Shown piece by piece: positions 39,438-49,655 of a stretch of DNA of 64,000 bases. Within the stretch, counting starts at the first letter, position 1, and each line of letters starts with the position of its first letter. Made by a program: the position numbers and the translations under genes. The notes below the pieces were generated by a model, which had not been told where the DNA came from, ran no database searches, and saw nothing but the letters and a program-made list of their open reading frames with translations. The stretch is from Dermatophilaceae bacterium. GTDB lineage: Bacteria; Actinomycetota; Actinomycetes; Actinomycetales; Dermatophilaceae. The stretch lies in contig JAXLRS010000003.1 in NCBI GenBank assembly GCA_046330995.1, positions 373,634 through 437,633 on the forward strand, read 5' to 3'.

Positions 39438-41549
39438 TCAGTTGGTCGGGGTCGTACCGGACAGCGGCGCGGTCAGGTCATAGAACGTCTGACCGCCGAT
39501 CTGCACCGAGGTGTAGTTCGCCGCGACCCAGCTGTTGATCTGGCTGCTCGCATCGGAACCGCCGTTCTGCTGGCCGAAGCCGCCGCCGGCGAGGAAGTAG
39601 TGGATCTCACCGGCCTGGACGTCGGCCTGGAACTGCGCGAGCGTCGGGCTCGGATCGGAGCCGTTGAACCCCCCGATGGCCATCACCGGCAGCTGGGTGC
39701 CGAGCTGGAGCCCGGCCGCGTTCTGCGAGCCGACGGCCGCCGCGACCCAGGTGTATTTCTGCGCGTCCGCGGACAGTGCCGCGACGACCTCTGTCGACGG
39801 CAGACTCGAGTTGAGGAGGCCGCCCATGCCGCCGCGGGTGCCGGTGGTCCCGCCGGGCATGGTGGGCAGACCGTTCGCGGCGCCGCCGCCCGGCAGCGTG
39901 GAGCCGGCGCCGCCGCGCGTGGAGCCGGCGCCGCCGCGCGTGGTGCCGCCGGGGAAGCCACCCGGCCCACCGCGCATCCCGCCGAAACCCCCGCCCGAGG
40001 CCGGTCCCGCCGTGACGATCGATCCGGTGTGGGCGGTCGTCACCGTCGTGATGCTGTAGGCCGCGGGGCCGGCGAGCGCGGCGACGATCCCCGCCGCCGC
40101 GACGACCGGGATGGCCCGGGTGGCGAGTCGGGCCACGACGAGGAAGAGCAGCGCTGCCGCAATGCCGGGGACGAGGACACTGACTCGCAGCCAGTTTCCG
40201 TATGCCGTGCTCCGGCTCAGGAGCACGAAGGACCAGCCCGCGGCGGCGGCGGTCGCGGCGGCGAGGATGGCCCCGCCCACGACCGAGTCGCGCCGTTCCC
40301 ACGCCTCGGCCGCACCCATGCCGACGATCGCGGCGACGGCGGGCGCGAGGGCGACGGTGTAGTACTCGTGGAAGATGCCTGCCATCATCGAGAAGACAGT
40401 CATCGTCACCAGGAGCCAACCGCCCCAGACGACGTAGGCCGCGCGGCGCAGGTCCGTCCGCGGCGCCCGGCCGCGCATCGCGATCCCCGCGAGCAGCAGG
40501 ATCAGGGCTGCCGGGATGAGCCAGGAGATCTGACCGCCGACGCTCGAGGAGAACATCCGCCACACGGACTCGGTGCCGGAGTTCGGACCGCGCTGGCCAC
40601 CGCCGACCGACCCGGTCTCGGAGCCGTTGAGCCGGCCGAGTCCGTTGTAGCCGAAGGTGAGTTCGAGGAAGGAGTTGGTCTGGCTCCCGCCGATGTACGG
40701 CCGCATGTCGGCCGGGACGAGTTCGACGACGGCGACCCACCAGCCCGCCGACAGGAGCAGGGCCAGGGTGCCGGCGAGGGCGCCGGCGATCCGGCGCCGA
40801 AGTGGGGCATTGGCGAAGAGGAGGAAGGCGAGGCCGAGGGCCGGAACGACGAGGAGGACCTGGAGGGCTTTGGTGAGGAAGCCGAAGCCGAGGGCGACTC
40901 CGGCGGCGACGAACCACCTGGTGCTGCCGTGTTCGATCGCACGTAGCGTGGCATAGGCCGCGAGCGCCATGAGCAGGGTGAGGAGGGCGTCGGGGTTGTT
41001 GAACCGGAACATCAGCACAGCGACCGGAGTGAGCGCGAGAACGACCCCGGCGAGCAGGCCGGCGGCGGCGTTCCAGTAGCGGCGGACCGCCGCATAGACG
41101 ACGCCGACCGACGCGACGCCCATGAGGACCTCGGGGAAGAGCATGGCGAACGAGTTCAGCCCGAACAACCGGACCGACAGGGCCATCACCCAGAGTGAGG
41201 CCGGCGGTTTGTCGACCGTGATCGCGTTGCTCGCGTCGAAGCTTCCATAGAAGAACGCCTTCCAGCTCGCGCTGCCGGCCTGGGCTGCCGCGGAATAGAA
41301 CGAATTGGCGTAGCCGTTGGCAGTCAGCCCGACGAGATAGAAGGCGGCGGTGGCGAACAGGAGGGTGATGATCGCCGGGCGGGCCCACGTGGGGTCGGAT
41401 GCGTGGCCGCGCCACAGCCGCGCGATCCGACCGCCGTGTGGCGCGCCTGCGGCCGGGACGTCGGGCTGCGCGGGCGCGACCGGATCGGGCGAGGGCGCGG
41501 GCTTCTCGATGCCCGGCGCCGAGGAGGGGGTGAAGGTGGCGACGTCCAT
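39438..41549 (-). CDS. GT39/ArnT-like glycosyltransferase (PMT_2 family)
   Basis: ATG at 41549 in ORF 39438..41789. VDKPPASLW loop, many TM helices, Gly-rich repeat and a C-terminal globular domain. Confidence 0.85.
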   Translation of the reverse strand: MDVATFTPSSAPGIEKPAPSPDPVAPAQPDVPAAGAPHGGRIARLWRGHASDPTWARPAIITLLFATAAFYLVGLTANGYANSFYSAAAQAGSASWKAFFYGSFDASNAITVDKPPASLWVMALSVRLFGLNSFAMLFPEVLMGVASVGVVYAAVRRYWNAAAGLLAGVVLALTPVAVLMFRFNNPDALLTLLMALAAYATLRAIEHGSTRWFVAAGVALGFGFLTKALQVLLVVPALGLAFLLFANAPLRRRIAGALAGTLALLLSAGWWVAVVELVPADMRPYIGGSQTNSFLELTFGYNGLGRLNGSETGSVGGGQRGPNSGTESVWRMFSSSVGGQISWLIPAALILLLAGIAMRGRAPRTDLRRAAYVVWGGWLLVTMTVFSMMAGIFHEYYTVALAPAVAAIVGMGAAEAWERRDSVVGGAILAAATAAAAGWSFVLLSRSTAYGNWLRVSVLVPGIAAALLFLVVARLATRAIPVVAAAGIVAALAGPAAYSITTVTTAHTGSIVTAGPASGGGFGGMRGGPGGFPGGTTRGGAGSTRGGAGSTLPGGGAANGLPTMPGGTTGTRGGMGGLLNSSLPSTEVVAALSADAQKYTWVAAAVGSQNAAGLQLGTQLPVMAIGGFNGSDPSPTLAQFQADVQAGEIHYFLAGGGFGQQNGGSDASSQINSWVAANYTSVQIGGQTFYDLTAPLSGTTPTN

Positions 41550-41622
41550 GTCCCTCACGGTCCTCCCCGGCCCTGTGCGCCGGCTGTGCCGTTCCTTGGC
41601 GGCGCGGGTGAGTTCGGGTGGT

Positions 41623-43086
41623 TCAGGCGGGGAGTTCGACGAGGAAGGTCGTCTCGCCCGGGTGCGATCGGAGTCCGACCCGGCCGCCGTGCGCGGTGGC
41701 GACGGCGGAGACGATCGACAGGCCGAGGCCGGTGCTGCCCGAGGTCCGGGTGCGCGCTTCATCCCCGCGGACGAACCGCTCGAAGACATTGCGCTGCAAT
41801 GCTTCTGGTATGCCGGGTCCGTCGTCCGTGACGGCCAGTGTCACCCGGTCTCCCTGCTGGTGCAGCGAGGTGACGACTCGCGTGCCGGCGGGGGTGTGGG
41901 TGCGGGCGTTGGCGAGGAGGTTGGCGATGACCTGGTGCAGGCGGGCCTGATCGCCGGGCACTTCGACGGGTTCGTCGGGGAGGCTGAGTTCCCATTTGTG
42001 CTCGGGTGACGCGGCACGGGCGTCGCTGACGGCATCCATGGCGAGGAGGGTGAGGTCGACGGGGTCGTGATCGAGCGGGCGACCGGCGTCGAGACGGGCG
42101 AGCAGGAGGAGATCCTCGACGAGTCCCTGCATGCGGAGGGCTTCGGACTCGACGCGGCCGAGTGCGTGGGTCACCGCCGCGGGCACCGGCTCGCGCTCGC
42201 GACGGGACAACTCGGCATACCCCCGGATGCTGGCGAGCGGTGTGCGGAGTTCGTGCGAGGCGTCGGCGACGAACTGGCGGACGCGCATCTCGGATTCCTG
42301 CCGGGCCTGCAGCGCGTGATCGACATTGTCGAGCAGGTTGTTGAGGGCGAGGCCGACCTGGCCGACCTCGGTCCTGGGGTCGGCGTCGGGAACACGTTCG
42401 GCGAGAGCGACCTCGCCGCTGTCGAGGTGCAGATCGGAGACCCGGCTCGCGGTCGCGGCGACCCGCTGAAGGGGGGCGAGATTGCGCCGGATGAGATAGG
42501 TGCCACCCGCGCCGACGATGACGAGTCCGAGGAGGGTTCCGGCAGCGACGAGGCCGATGAGCTGGTTGGTGATCGCGCCGATGGCCCCGGTGGGGACACC
42601 GGTGATGAAGGTCGTGCCGGACTGGCTGACGGCGATGACGCGATAGGTCCCGACGTCGTGGCCGAGGTCGACGTCGACGGGAGTCGATCCGATGCCGGCG
42701 CCGAGGAGTCGCTGGATCTGCCCGTCCGACAGGCTCGTCGTATCGCCCTCGGCGTTCACGACGGAGTTGAGCGGCCCGAATCGGTCGTTGACCACGGCAC
42801 CGTTCCGCAGACCGACGCGCAGGACCGCGGTCCCGCTGCCCGGTGGGGGAGCGTTGATGTGATGGTCGCCATCGCCGTCGGTGCCGAACGTGCGGCTGAC
42901 CGTCTGACGCAGCGACGCGTCGACCTGCTGGGACAGGTAGCGCTGCGTCGCAAGGACGACCAGGGCTCCGGTGCCGAGGCTGACGGCGATGAACAGGGCG
43001 ATGGTCGAGGCGAGCAGCTTGGCGCGCAAGGTCCACGACCGTGGACCACGGACGGAGAGGGGGCCGCGGTGGGCGGTGGTCGGCAT
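41623..43086 (-). CDS. sensor histidine kinase (PhoR-like)
   Basis: Two TM helices, HAMP domain, H-box HELRTPLASIRGY, ATPase motifs (NARTHTP, DDGPGI, GSTGLGLSIV). Confidence 0.88.
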   Translation of the reverse strand: MPTTAHRGPLSVRGPRSWTLRAKLLASTIALFIAVSLGTGALVVLATQRYLSQQVDASLRQTVSRTFGTDGDGDHHINAPPPGSGTAVLRVGLRNGAVVNDRFGPLNSVVNAEGDTTSLSDGQIQRLLGAGIGSTPVDVDLGHDVGTYRVIAVSQSGTTFITGVPTGAIGAITNQLIGLVAAGTLLGLVIVGAGGTYLIRRNLAPLQRVAATASRVSDLHLDSGEVALAERVPDADPRTEVGQVGLALNNLLDNVDHALQARQESEMRVRQFVADASHELRTPLASIRGYAELSRREREPVPAAVTHALGRVESEALRMQGLVEDLLLLARLDAGRPLDHDPVDLTLLAMDAVSDARAASPEHKWELSLPDEPVEVPGDQARLHQVIANLLANARTHTPAGTRVVTSLHQQGDRVTLAVTDDGPGIPEALQRNVFERFVRGDEARTRTSGSTGLGLSIVSAVATAHGGRVGLRSHPGETTFLVELPA

Positions 43087-43091
43087 ACGGA

Positions 43092-43826
43092 TCAGTCGGC
43101 GGGCTTGAGGACGTAGCCGACGCCTCGCATGGTGTGGATCATCGGGGAGCGGCCGGCGTCGATCTTCTTGCGGAGGTAGGAGATATAGAGCTCGACGACA
43201 TTGGCCTGGCCACCGAAGTCGTAGTTCCAGACGCGGTCGAGGATCTGGGCCTTGGAGAGAACTCGCCTGGGATTGCGCATGAGGTAGCGCAGGAGCTCGA
43301 ACTCGGTTGCGGTCAGGTTGATCTCGTGACCCGCGCGGGTCACCTCGTGGCTGTCCTCGTCCATCGTCAGGTCACCGACGACGAGGACGCTCGAGGACTC
43401 GTCGGCGACGACGGCGGTGCGACGCATGAGGGCGCGCAGCCGCGCGACGACCTCCTCGAGACTGAACGGCTTGGTGACGTAGTCGTCGCCGCCCGCAGTC
43501 AGGCCGGCCACGCGGTCCTCGACGGCGTCCTTGGCGGTGAGGAAGAGGACGGGCACGCCGGAGTTGTCCGCGCGCATGCGGCGCAGCACCTCGAGTCCGT
43601 CGAAGTCGGGGAGCATCATGTCGAGGACGACCGCGTCAGGTTGGAACTCGCGGGCGGCGCGGACCGCCTCGGTCCCGGAGGCCGCGGCCCGGACCTCCCA
43701 CCCTTCGTAGCGCAGGGCCATGGCGAGCAGCTCCGTGAGGTTGGGCTCGTCGTCGACGACCAGGACGCGAACGGCGGTGCCGTCGAGGCGCTGCAACTTC
43801 GGAGCGGTGGCGGGGGTCGTGTTCAT
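43092..43826 (-). CDS. OmpR-family response regulator (PhoP-like)
   Basis: VLVVDDE, DAVVLDMMLPDFDG, GGDDYVTKPF and a winged-helix C-terminus. Strongly resembles mycobacterial PhoP as I recall it. Confidence 0.9.
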   Translation of the reverse strand: MNTTPATAPKLQRLDGTAVRVLVVDDEPNLTELLAMALRYEGWEVRAAASGTEAVRAAREFQPDAVVLDMMLPDFDGLEVLRRMRADNSGVPVLFLTAKDAVEDRVAGLTAGGDDYVTKPFSLEEVVARLRALMRRTAVVADESSSVLVVGDLTMDEDSHEVTRAGHEINLTATEFELLRYLMRNPRRVLSKAQILDRVWNYDFGGQANVVELYISYLRKKIDAGRSPMIHTMRGVGYVLKPAD

Positions 43827-43915
43827 GAAGACCAGTCAACCGGTCCTCACTAAGAAAAGGAGAGCCCCCCGCTGTGGGGTTTCTGTGAGCTGCCTGTGCC
43901 GCCCGAGCCTCGGAC

Positions 43916-44846
43916 TCAGAAGATGCGCCAGGACTGCGGGTAGATGTACGTGGTCGCCGTCCCTGCCTTGACCAGCTTCACGCCCGAGCCGTCGGTGTTC
44001 ATGATGCAGAGATCAAGGTAGTAGTCACCGTTCGCCGAACACCGCGCGACGAACTTGGCGCCGTCGGGCGACCAGATCAGGGAGTCGGGATCATCGGCAA
44101 TGTGGGCGTACTGCCTGGTCACGATGTTCCTCGTGTATGACGTGGCACCGTAGAGATAGTCCTCGTCGTAGCCCGCGACCCAGGTGCCCGTGGGATCGAA
44201 CTCGGGCTGACGGGACGGCGTATCGTCACCTACTTCGGCTCCGGTGAGATCGATGACCTTCCCATCGTCCCCGCCGTGGTCCATCGCGCACACATACGAG
44301 ATCGCGAGCTTGTCGCCCTTGGGGGACCAGTCGGGGTCGTAGGAGTACTCCGCGTAACACTCGGTGGTGGGGGGTTCGCCTTGATGGTCTTGAAGGTTGC
44401 GCCGGGAGTCGCGAGCATCACCGCGATCCCGCCCTCCTGTGGATTCGCGATGGCCATGCGCGCGAAGGCGATCCGTCGGCTGCGCGGACCCCAACTCGGG
44501 TCGGATTCGTCGATGTCGGGCGTATTGGTCAGCCGTTGGACGCCGGTGCCATCGGGGCGCATGAGGTAGAGATCCCCGTTTCGGTCGCCGAAACGCCGGT
44601 CGAAGACGATGCGAGTCCCGTCGGGTGAGACATCGGCGGTTCTAACGTTGCCCATTCTCGTCAATCGCGTCAGCCGGGTGCCGTCCGGGCGGATGGTGTA
44701 GAGGTCGTTGTTGATGTTGATCAGGATCCGGCCGGTCAGGGCCCGCTCGGCGGTGCCCGGATCGCGGGCTGGGCCGCGGTGGCGGCTGATGCCGTGCCGA
44801 AGGTCACGGTGGCGAGGGCGGCGGCGAGAACGGGAAAACGGCGCAT
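43916..44846 (-). pseudogene. PD40/TolB-like beta-propeller protein, frameshifted paralogue
   Basis: The signal peptide MRRFPVLAAALATV (ATG at 44846) and propeller repeats are spread over three frames. One-nt slips lie at about 44745 (GGGCCC) and about 44370 (C6 run). Paralogous to 45689..46645. Confidence 0.6.
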
Positions 44847-45060
44847 GATGCCTCCCGGGTCATGACGGCGCCCGCTGGGCGCTGTTTGCTATGTCAAAAC
44901 GCTACACCCGGCGCAGGAAGGAGGCAGAGCGAGGACGTGGGGGACATCATGGCCGGACAGGCGGCTCGGGCGAACCGGACAGGGCAGGCACAGCTTCGTC
45001 ACACGTTCGTGAGGTTTCCTTGGAGACAGCTCGATCCGCCCACCAGAGAGAGATGTCGCG

Positions 45061-45576
45061 ATGTCCGACCCGGCCGAAGGATCTCCAGACCAGCTCGACA
45101 CCGAACCCGCTGCCCCGGCGTCCGCCGGGCACGGTGCGACCGCCCGCCACCCGAGGTGGTCCGGCAGGAGGACGGCGGTCGCCGGGGCCGTCGCCGTCGG
45201 GGTTGCGTGTGCGACCGCGGTCGGTGCCTCGGCCGCGGTGCCGCTCGGCAGCAATGTCCTGACGGGCGGGGACGGGCGCGGGCAGTTCGGTCCCGGTGGT
45301 GGTGGTGGTTTCGGTCCCGGCGGTATGCCGGGTGGTCGCCAACGTGGGAATGGTCAGGGTATGCCGAATGGCGGCATCCCGGGCCAGGGGATGCCCGGGC
45401 CGGGGACGAATGGGCCGGGGACGAATGGTCAGGGGGTTCCTGGGCAGGGAATGCCGGGCCAGGGATTGTCGGGCCAGGGATTGTCGGGCCAGGGATTGCC
45501 GGGCCAGGGAGTGCCGGGGCAGAGTGGAACGACGCTCGACCCGAGCGCCGCCACGGGCGGGACGGGGACGCACTGA
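45061..45576 (+). CDS. membrane-anchored Gly/Pro/Gln-repeat protein
   Basis: One TM helix (AVAGAVAVGVACATAVGA), then G-rich and GQG(M/L/V)(P/S) repeats encoded by about 15-bp tandem units. Confidence 0.5.
   Translation: MSDPAEGSPDQLDTEPAAPASAGHGATARHPRWSGRRTAVAGAVAVGVACATAVGASAAVPLGSNVLTGGDGRGQFGPGGGGGFGPGGMPGGRQRGNGQGMPNGGIPGQGMPGPGTNGPGTNGQGVPGQGMPGQGLSGQGLSGQGLPGQGVPGQSGTTLDPSAATGGTGTH
45430..45522 (+). repeat. about 15-bp tandem repeats (GGCCAGGGATTGTCG-like) inside the repeat protein
   Basis: Consecutive near-identical 15-mers are visible in lines 45421-45520. Confidence 0.7.
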
Positions 45577-45607
45577 TGTTCCGCACCCGAGTGCACCGCG
45601 AGCCTCA

Positions 45608-45628
45608 ACCCCCCTGCGGCCGGGGGGT
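45608..45628. terminator. hairpin between convergent genes
   Basis: ACCCCCC-7 nt-GGGGGGT, between the stops at 45576 (+) and 45689 (-). Confidence 0.5.
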
Positions 45629-45688
45629 GCGTCCGCTGGCGAGTCAGCGGCATACGGACTCCGGGCAGGTTCGCCGCCGCGACGGCGC

Positions 45689-46645
45689 TCAGCGAGGCGA
45701 CCACGACCGCGGGATGACGTGGGAGGTCTCGGAGCCGGCCTTGAGCGCACGGACTCCCGTGCCGTCGCTCCTCATCACGCAGAGGTCGGGCCAGTAGTCG
45801 CCGGTGCAGTCGTATCTCATCGCGATCGACCGGCCGTCGGGTGACCACGTCATCTCGCTCGCGTCTTGATCGTCCGCGCCGACGGGCACGGCGATGGCGG
45901 CACCCGTGGCGACACTGACCTTGTAGCCGTAGCTCGGACCCCAGTAGTCCGGGGCGTAGTCGGTGACCCAGGTGCCCGTGGGGTCGAACTCGTTCTGGTC
46001 ACCGGGAAGGGACCGGACGTGCGCTCCCGACGTGGTGATGAGTTCTCCGCCGACAACCGTGTGGTCACCGTTGTAGACGTGCGAGATAGCGATCTTGTCG
46101 CCCTTCGGGGACCAGTCGGCACGCTCGTAATACTCGGAGTAGTAGTCCGTGGTCGCGGGGTTGCGCCTGATCGTCGTGAAGCTCGCCCCCGGGACAGCGC
46201 GCATGACGGCGATCCCGCCGTTCTGCGGGTTGGTGATGGACCTTCGGTCGAAGGCGAGACGGGTGCCGTCGGGAGACCAGCTCGGGTACTTCTCGTCATA
46301 GGTGCTGGTGTTGGTGAGGCGCTGGATGCCGGTGCCGTCGGCTTTCATGACATAGAGGTCGTTCTGGCCGGCGGTCTTGCGGTGGAAGGCGATCCGAGTC
46401 CCGTCCGGGGAGTATGCGGCGTCGCCGATGAACCCGTTGGCGGACAGTTGCGTGAGGCCGGTCCCGTCCGGCCTGATCGTGTGAAGCACGCCGTTGACCG
46501 TGACGAGCAAGCGCGGGTTGACGACGCGGGGTGCTGGAGCCGGTGCCGACCCACGCGCTGCCGCGGGACTGGCCGTCAGTCCGGTCGCCAGGCCCACAAC
46601 CGCGACGGCGACGAGGGCGGGCATGGTCAAGCGTGTGGATCCCAT
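45689..46645 (-). CDS. secreted PD40/TolB-like beta-propeller protein
   Basis: ATG at 46645 in ORF 45689..47062. Signal peptide followed by repeated SPDGTRIAF / SWSPDG motifs. Confidence 0.8.
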   Translation of the reverse strand: MGSTRLTMPALVAVAVVGLATGLTASPAAARGSAPAPAPRVVNPRLLVTVNGVLHTIRPDGTGLTQLSANGFIGDAAYSPDGTRIAFHRKTAGQNDLYVMKADGTGIQRLTNTSTYDEKYPSWSPDGTRLAFDRRSITNPQNGGIAVMRAVPGASFTTIRRNPATTDYYSEYYERADWSPKGDKIAISHVYNGDHTVVGGELITTSGAHVRSLPGDQNEFDPTGTWVTDYAPDYWGPSYGYKVSVATGAAIAVPVGADDQDASEMTWSPDGRSIAMRYDCTGDYWPDLCVMRSDGTGVRALKAGSETSHVIPRSWSPR

Positions 46646-46787
46646 CGCGACTCTCCCGTGATCGATGGCGCCGATGACTCGGCACTCTAGGGGCTGACGC
46701 GAGCGGCGTCGTGGGTCCGGCGGAATGACGCCGCCGATGACCAGAAAGTGACCGAAGCCGAGGTGGCCGAGGTGGCGGGCGGTCGGT

Positions 46788-47420
46788 TCAGGGGGCGACG
46801 TGATCCTGGAGCCAGGCGCGCAGGGGGGTGAGGGTGCGCCATACGGCCGCGACCTCATCTCGGGTCCGGGGCGTCGAGAGCCACGGTGGCACGCCGAAAT
46901 CGCGCATGAGGAAGAGTTCTTTGCGGCGCAGCAGGGCGATGCGCGGGTGATCCTTGGCGAAGCCTCGCGGTGCGGTCGCGACCTGCTCGCCGTGCGGCGC
47001 GAAACCGGCGCCCTCGAGGCCGGCCATGATCGCGACAAGAGACAGACCGGACTCGGGGGCATCGACAGCGGCCCGGAACCGGCGGGTCAGGTCGCTCGAC
47101 GCGGCCCGGAATCCGCCACCGGCGACGAGACCGTCCGCGCTGATCCCGAGATAGAGACCGAGGGTGGTGTCCCGGCCGACGATCGCGCCCTGATGATCCT
47201 TGTAGGGCGATTTGTCGGCGCTGAAGCGGACATCCCGGTTGGGGCGGAACACCTTCGCCTCGCCGAATTCGTCGGCGAGGTCATCGAGGAGTGCCTCGAG
47301 GGGGCCGCGGACGGCCGCGGCATACGTCTGCTTGTGCGCCTGCCAATAGTCGCGGGAATTGTCCTGCTCGAGTCCCGCATAGAAGGTGATCGCCTCGGGC
47401 GGGAAACCGGTGAACGCCAT
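46788..47420 (-). CDS. DUF2461-family protein
   Basis: MAFTGFPPEAITFYAGLEQDNSRDYW is a typical DUF2461 (TIGR02453-like) N-terminus. Confidence 0.75.
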   Translation of the reverse strand: MAFTGFPPEAITFYAGLEQDNSRDYWQAHKQTYAAAVRGPLEALLDDLADEFGEAKVFRPNRDVRFSADKSPYKDHQGAIVGRDTTLGLYLGISADGLVAGGGFRAASSDLTRRFRAAVDAPESGLSLVAIMAGLEGAGFAPHGEQVATAPRGFAKDHPRIALLRRKELFLMRDFGVPPWLSTPRTRDEVAAVWRTLTPLRAWLQDHVAP

Positions 47421-47553
47421 GCGGGCAATTCTGCCGGGGTTCACGTCGACCTGCCGTGATCGGTGAGTGATACTGCGGCTATAGCCGCATTTTCACTCAC
47501 CGATCGCGCGGCGGAGGAGTGCAGACCCGGCGACCGGTGTCCGGCATACGGGA

Positions 47554-49359
47554 TCAGGCGTCGAGGCGCTCCTTGAGGCCATCGAGCTCAGCGGCGAGAG
47601 GGGCGGGGAGTTTGTCGCCGAACTTGGCGAACCACTCCTCGATCAGCGGGAGTTCCTTCCGCCAGTCCTCGACGTTGACGGCGATCGCCTTGGCGACGTC
47701 CTCGTCGGACATGTCGAGGCCGGTGGTGTCGAGGGCGCCCGGCGCGGGGACCAGGCCGACCGGGGTCTCGACGGCCTCGGCGTCGCCGTCGAGGCGCTCG
47801 ACGACCCACTTGAGGACGCGGCTGTTGTCGCCGAAGCCCGGCCACAGCCACTTGCCGTCCTCGTCCTTGCGGAACCAGTTGACCTGGAAGATCCGCGGGA
47901 GCTTGGAGGCGTCGGCCTGCTTGCCGATTTCGAGCCAGTGGTTCATGTAGTCGCCCGCGTGGTAGCCGATGAACGGGAGCATGGCCATCGGGTCGCGGCG
48001 CACGACACCGACCGCGCCCGTCGCCGCCGCGGTCGTCTCGGAGGAGAGCGTCGCCCCGACGAAGGTGCCGTGGGTCCAGTCGCGCGATTCATAGACCAGC
48101 GGGACGGTCGTGGCGCGGCGGCCACCGAAGAGGATCGCGTCGATCGGGACACCGTCGGGGTTGTCGTATTCGTCGGCGATCATCGGGCACTGCTTGGCCG
48201 GAGTGGTGAACCGGCTGTTGGGGTGCGAGCTGAGGACGCCACTCTCGGGGGTCCAGTCGTTGCCCTTCCAGTCGATCAGGTGGGCCGGCTTCTCCTTGGA
48301 GATGCCCTCCCACCAGACGTCGCCGTCGTCGGTGCGGGCGACGTTGGTGAAGATCGAGTTGCCCTTGTCGATGGTGCGCATCGCCATCGGGTTGGTGCTC
48401 ATGCCGGTGCCGGGGGCGACGCCGAACAGACCGAACTCGGGGTTCACGGCATACAGACGACCGTCGGGACCGAAGCGCATCCACGCGATGTCGTCACCGA
48501 TCATCTCGGCCTTCCAGCCGTCGATCGTCGGCTCGAGCATGGCGAGGTTGGTCTTGCCGCACTGGCTCGGGAAGGCGCCGGCGACGTAGTGGACGCTGCC
48601 CTTGGGCGAGGTGAGCTTGAGGATGAGCATGTGCTCGGCCATCCAGCCGTCGTCGCGGGCCATCGCCGAGGCGATCCGCAGGGCGTAGCACTTCTTGCCG
48701 AGGAGGGCGTTGCCGCCGTATCCCGAACCGTAGGACCAGATCTCGCGCGTCTCGGGGAAGTGCGCGATGTATTTGGTGTCGCTGCACGGCCACGGGACGT
48801 CGGCCTCGCCCTCGTCGAGGGGCGCGCCGACGGAGTGGAGACCCTTGACGAAGTCGGCGTTCAGCTCCTCCATCTTCTCGAGGACGGGCGTGCCGATCCG
48901 GGCCATGATCTTCATATTGACCACGACGTATGCCGAGTCGGTGATCTCGACGCCGAACATCGGGACGGTCGCGTCGAGGTGGCCCATGACGAAGGGGATG
49001 ACATACATCGTGCGGCCCTTCATGCAGCCGCGATAGAGGTCGGTCATCGTCGCCTTGAGTTCGACCGGGTCGATCCAGTTGTTGGTCGGGCCGGCGTCCT
49101 CCTCCTTGACCGAGGCGATATAGGTCCGGTCCTCGACGCGCGCGACGTCACTCGGGTCGGAGGCGCACCAGTAGGAGTTGGGTTTCTTCTCGTCGTCGAG
49201 CTTGACGAAGGTGCCCGAGGTGACCAGGTCCTGGTTGAGCTGCTCGATCTCCTCGTCGGTCCCGGTGATCCAGACGACGCGGTCGGGCGTGCAGAGTGCC
49301 GCCACCTCGTCGACCCACGCCTGAAGGGCGGTGTTGCTCGTGGCGGTCTCGGTTGTCAT
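47554..49359 (-). CDS. pckG: phosphoenolpyruvate carboxykinase (GTP)
   Basis: 601 aa from [18 protein letters not shown], the kinase-1a [11 protein letters not shown] motif and WMRF. Confidence 0.95.
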   Translation of the reverse strand: MTTETATSNTALQAWVDEVAALCTPDRVVWITGTDEEIEQLNQDLVTSGTFVKLDDEKKPNSYWCASDPSDVARVEDRTYIASVKEEDAGPTNNWIDPVELKATMTDLYRGCMKGRTMYVIPFVMGHLDATVPMFGVEITDSAYVVVNMKIMARIGTPVLEKMEELNADFVKGLHSVGAPLDEGEADVPWPCSDTKYIAHFPETREIWSYGSGYGGNALLGKKCYALRIASAMARDDGWMAEHMLILKLTSPKGSVHYVAGAFPSQCGKTNLAMLEPTIDGWKAEMIGDDIAWMRFGPDGRLYAVNPEFGLFGVAPGTGMSTNPMAMRTIDKGNSIFTNVARTDDGDVWWEGISKEKPAHLIDWKGNDWTPESGVLSSHPNSRFTTPAKQCPMIADEYDNPDGVPIDAILFGGRRATTVPLVYESRDWTHGTFVGATLSSETTAAATGAVGVVRRDPMAMLPFIGYHAGDYMNHWLEIGKQADASKLPRIFQVNWFRKDEDGKWLWPGFGDNSRVLKWVVERLDGDAEAVETPVGLVPAPGALDTTGLDMSDEDVAKAIAVNVEDWRKELPLIEEWFAKFGDKLPAPLAAELDGLKERLDA

Positions 49360-49529
49360 GCTCGGTGTCCTCCATACTGTGTGGCGAGGCCCCTTGCCCC
49401 ACAATGATTCCCGCGCGGCCGCCGGTCAGTGGAGACACCGGAACAGCCGCATGGCGGCTTCTGTCGTCCACGGTAGCCCAGGCCCGTTCGCGACCCGCCG
49501 GTGGAAGCGCTTCCCATGTGTGGATCTCC

Positions 49530-49604
49530 TCACAGGCCTGGCGACGGAGTGGACAGGCCTGGCGACGGAGTGGACGACTTCGACGTCCATCCGAGACGTG
49601 TCAT
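49530..49604 (-). pseudogene. 5-prime remnant of a WXG100-domain gene
   Basis: The RBS and first codons are homologous to the gene starting at 57388 (MTRLG- vs MARLGMDVEVVESV) with a 1-nt deletion. An internal 21-bp tandem duplication is followed by a stop. Confidence 0.6.
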
Positions 49605-49655
49605 CGACCTCGGGCTCCTTTCAGCCCGTCGCCGACGAGCCTGAAGGACCACGGG
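49561..49655. repeat. left copy of an approx 95-bp direct repeat (WXG100 gene start region)
   Basis: Aligns by eye at roughly 85% identity with 57344-57440. Confidence 0.8.

Noticed and set aside
39898-39945. 21-bp tandem repeat inside the GT39 gene.
   Set aside because: It encodes a duplicated GGAGSTR peptide in a Gly-rich linker. This is ordinary low-complexity coding repeat.
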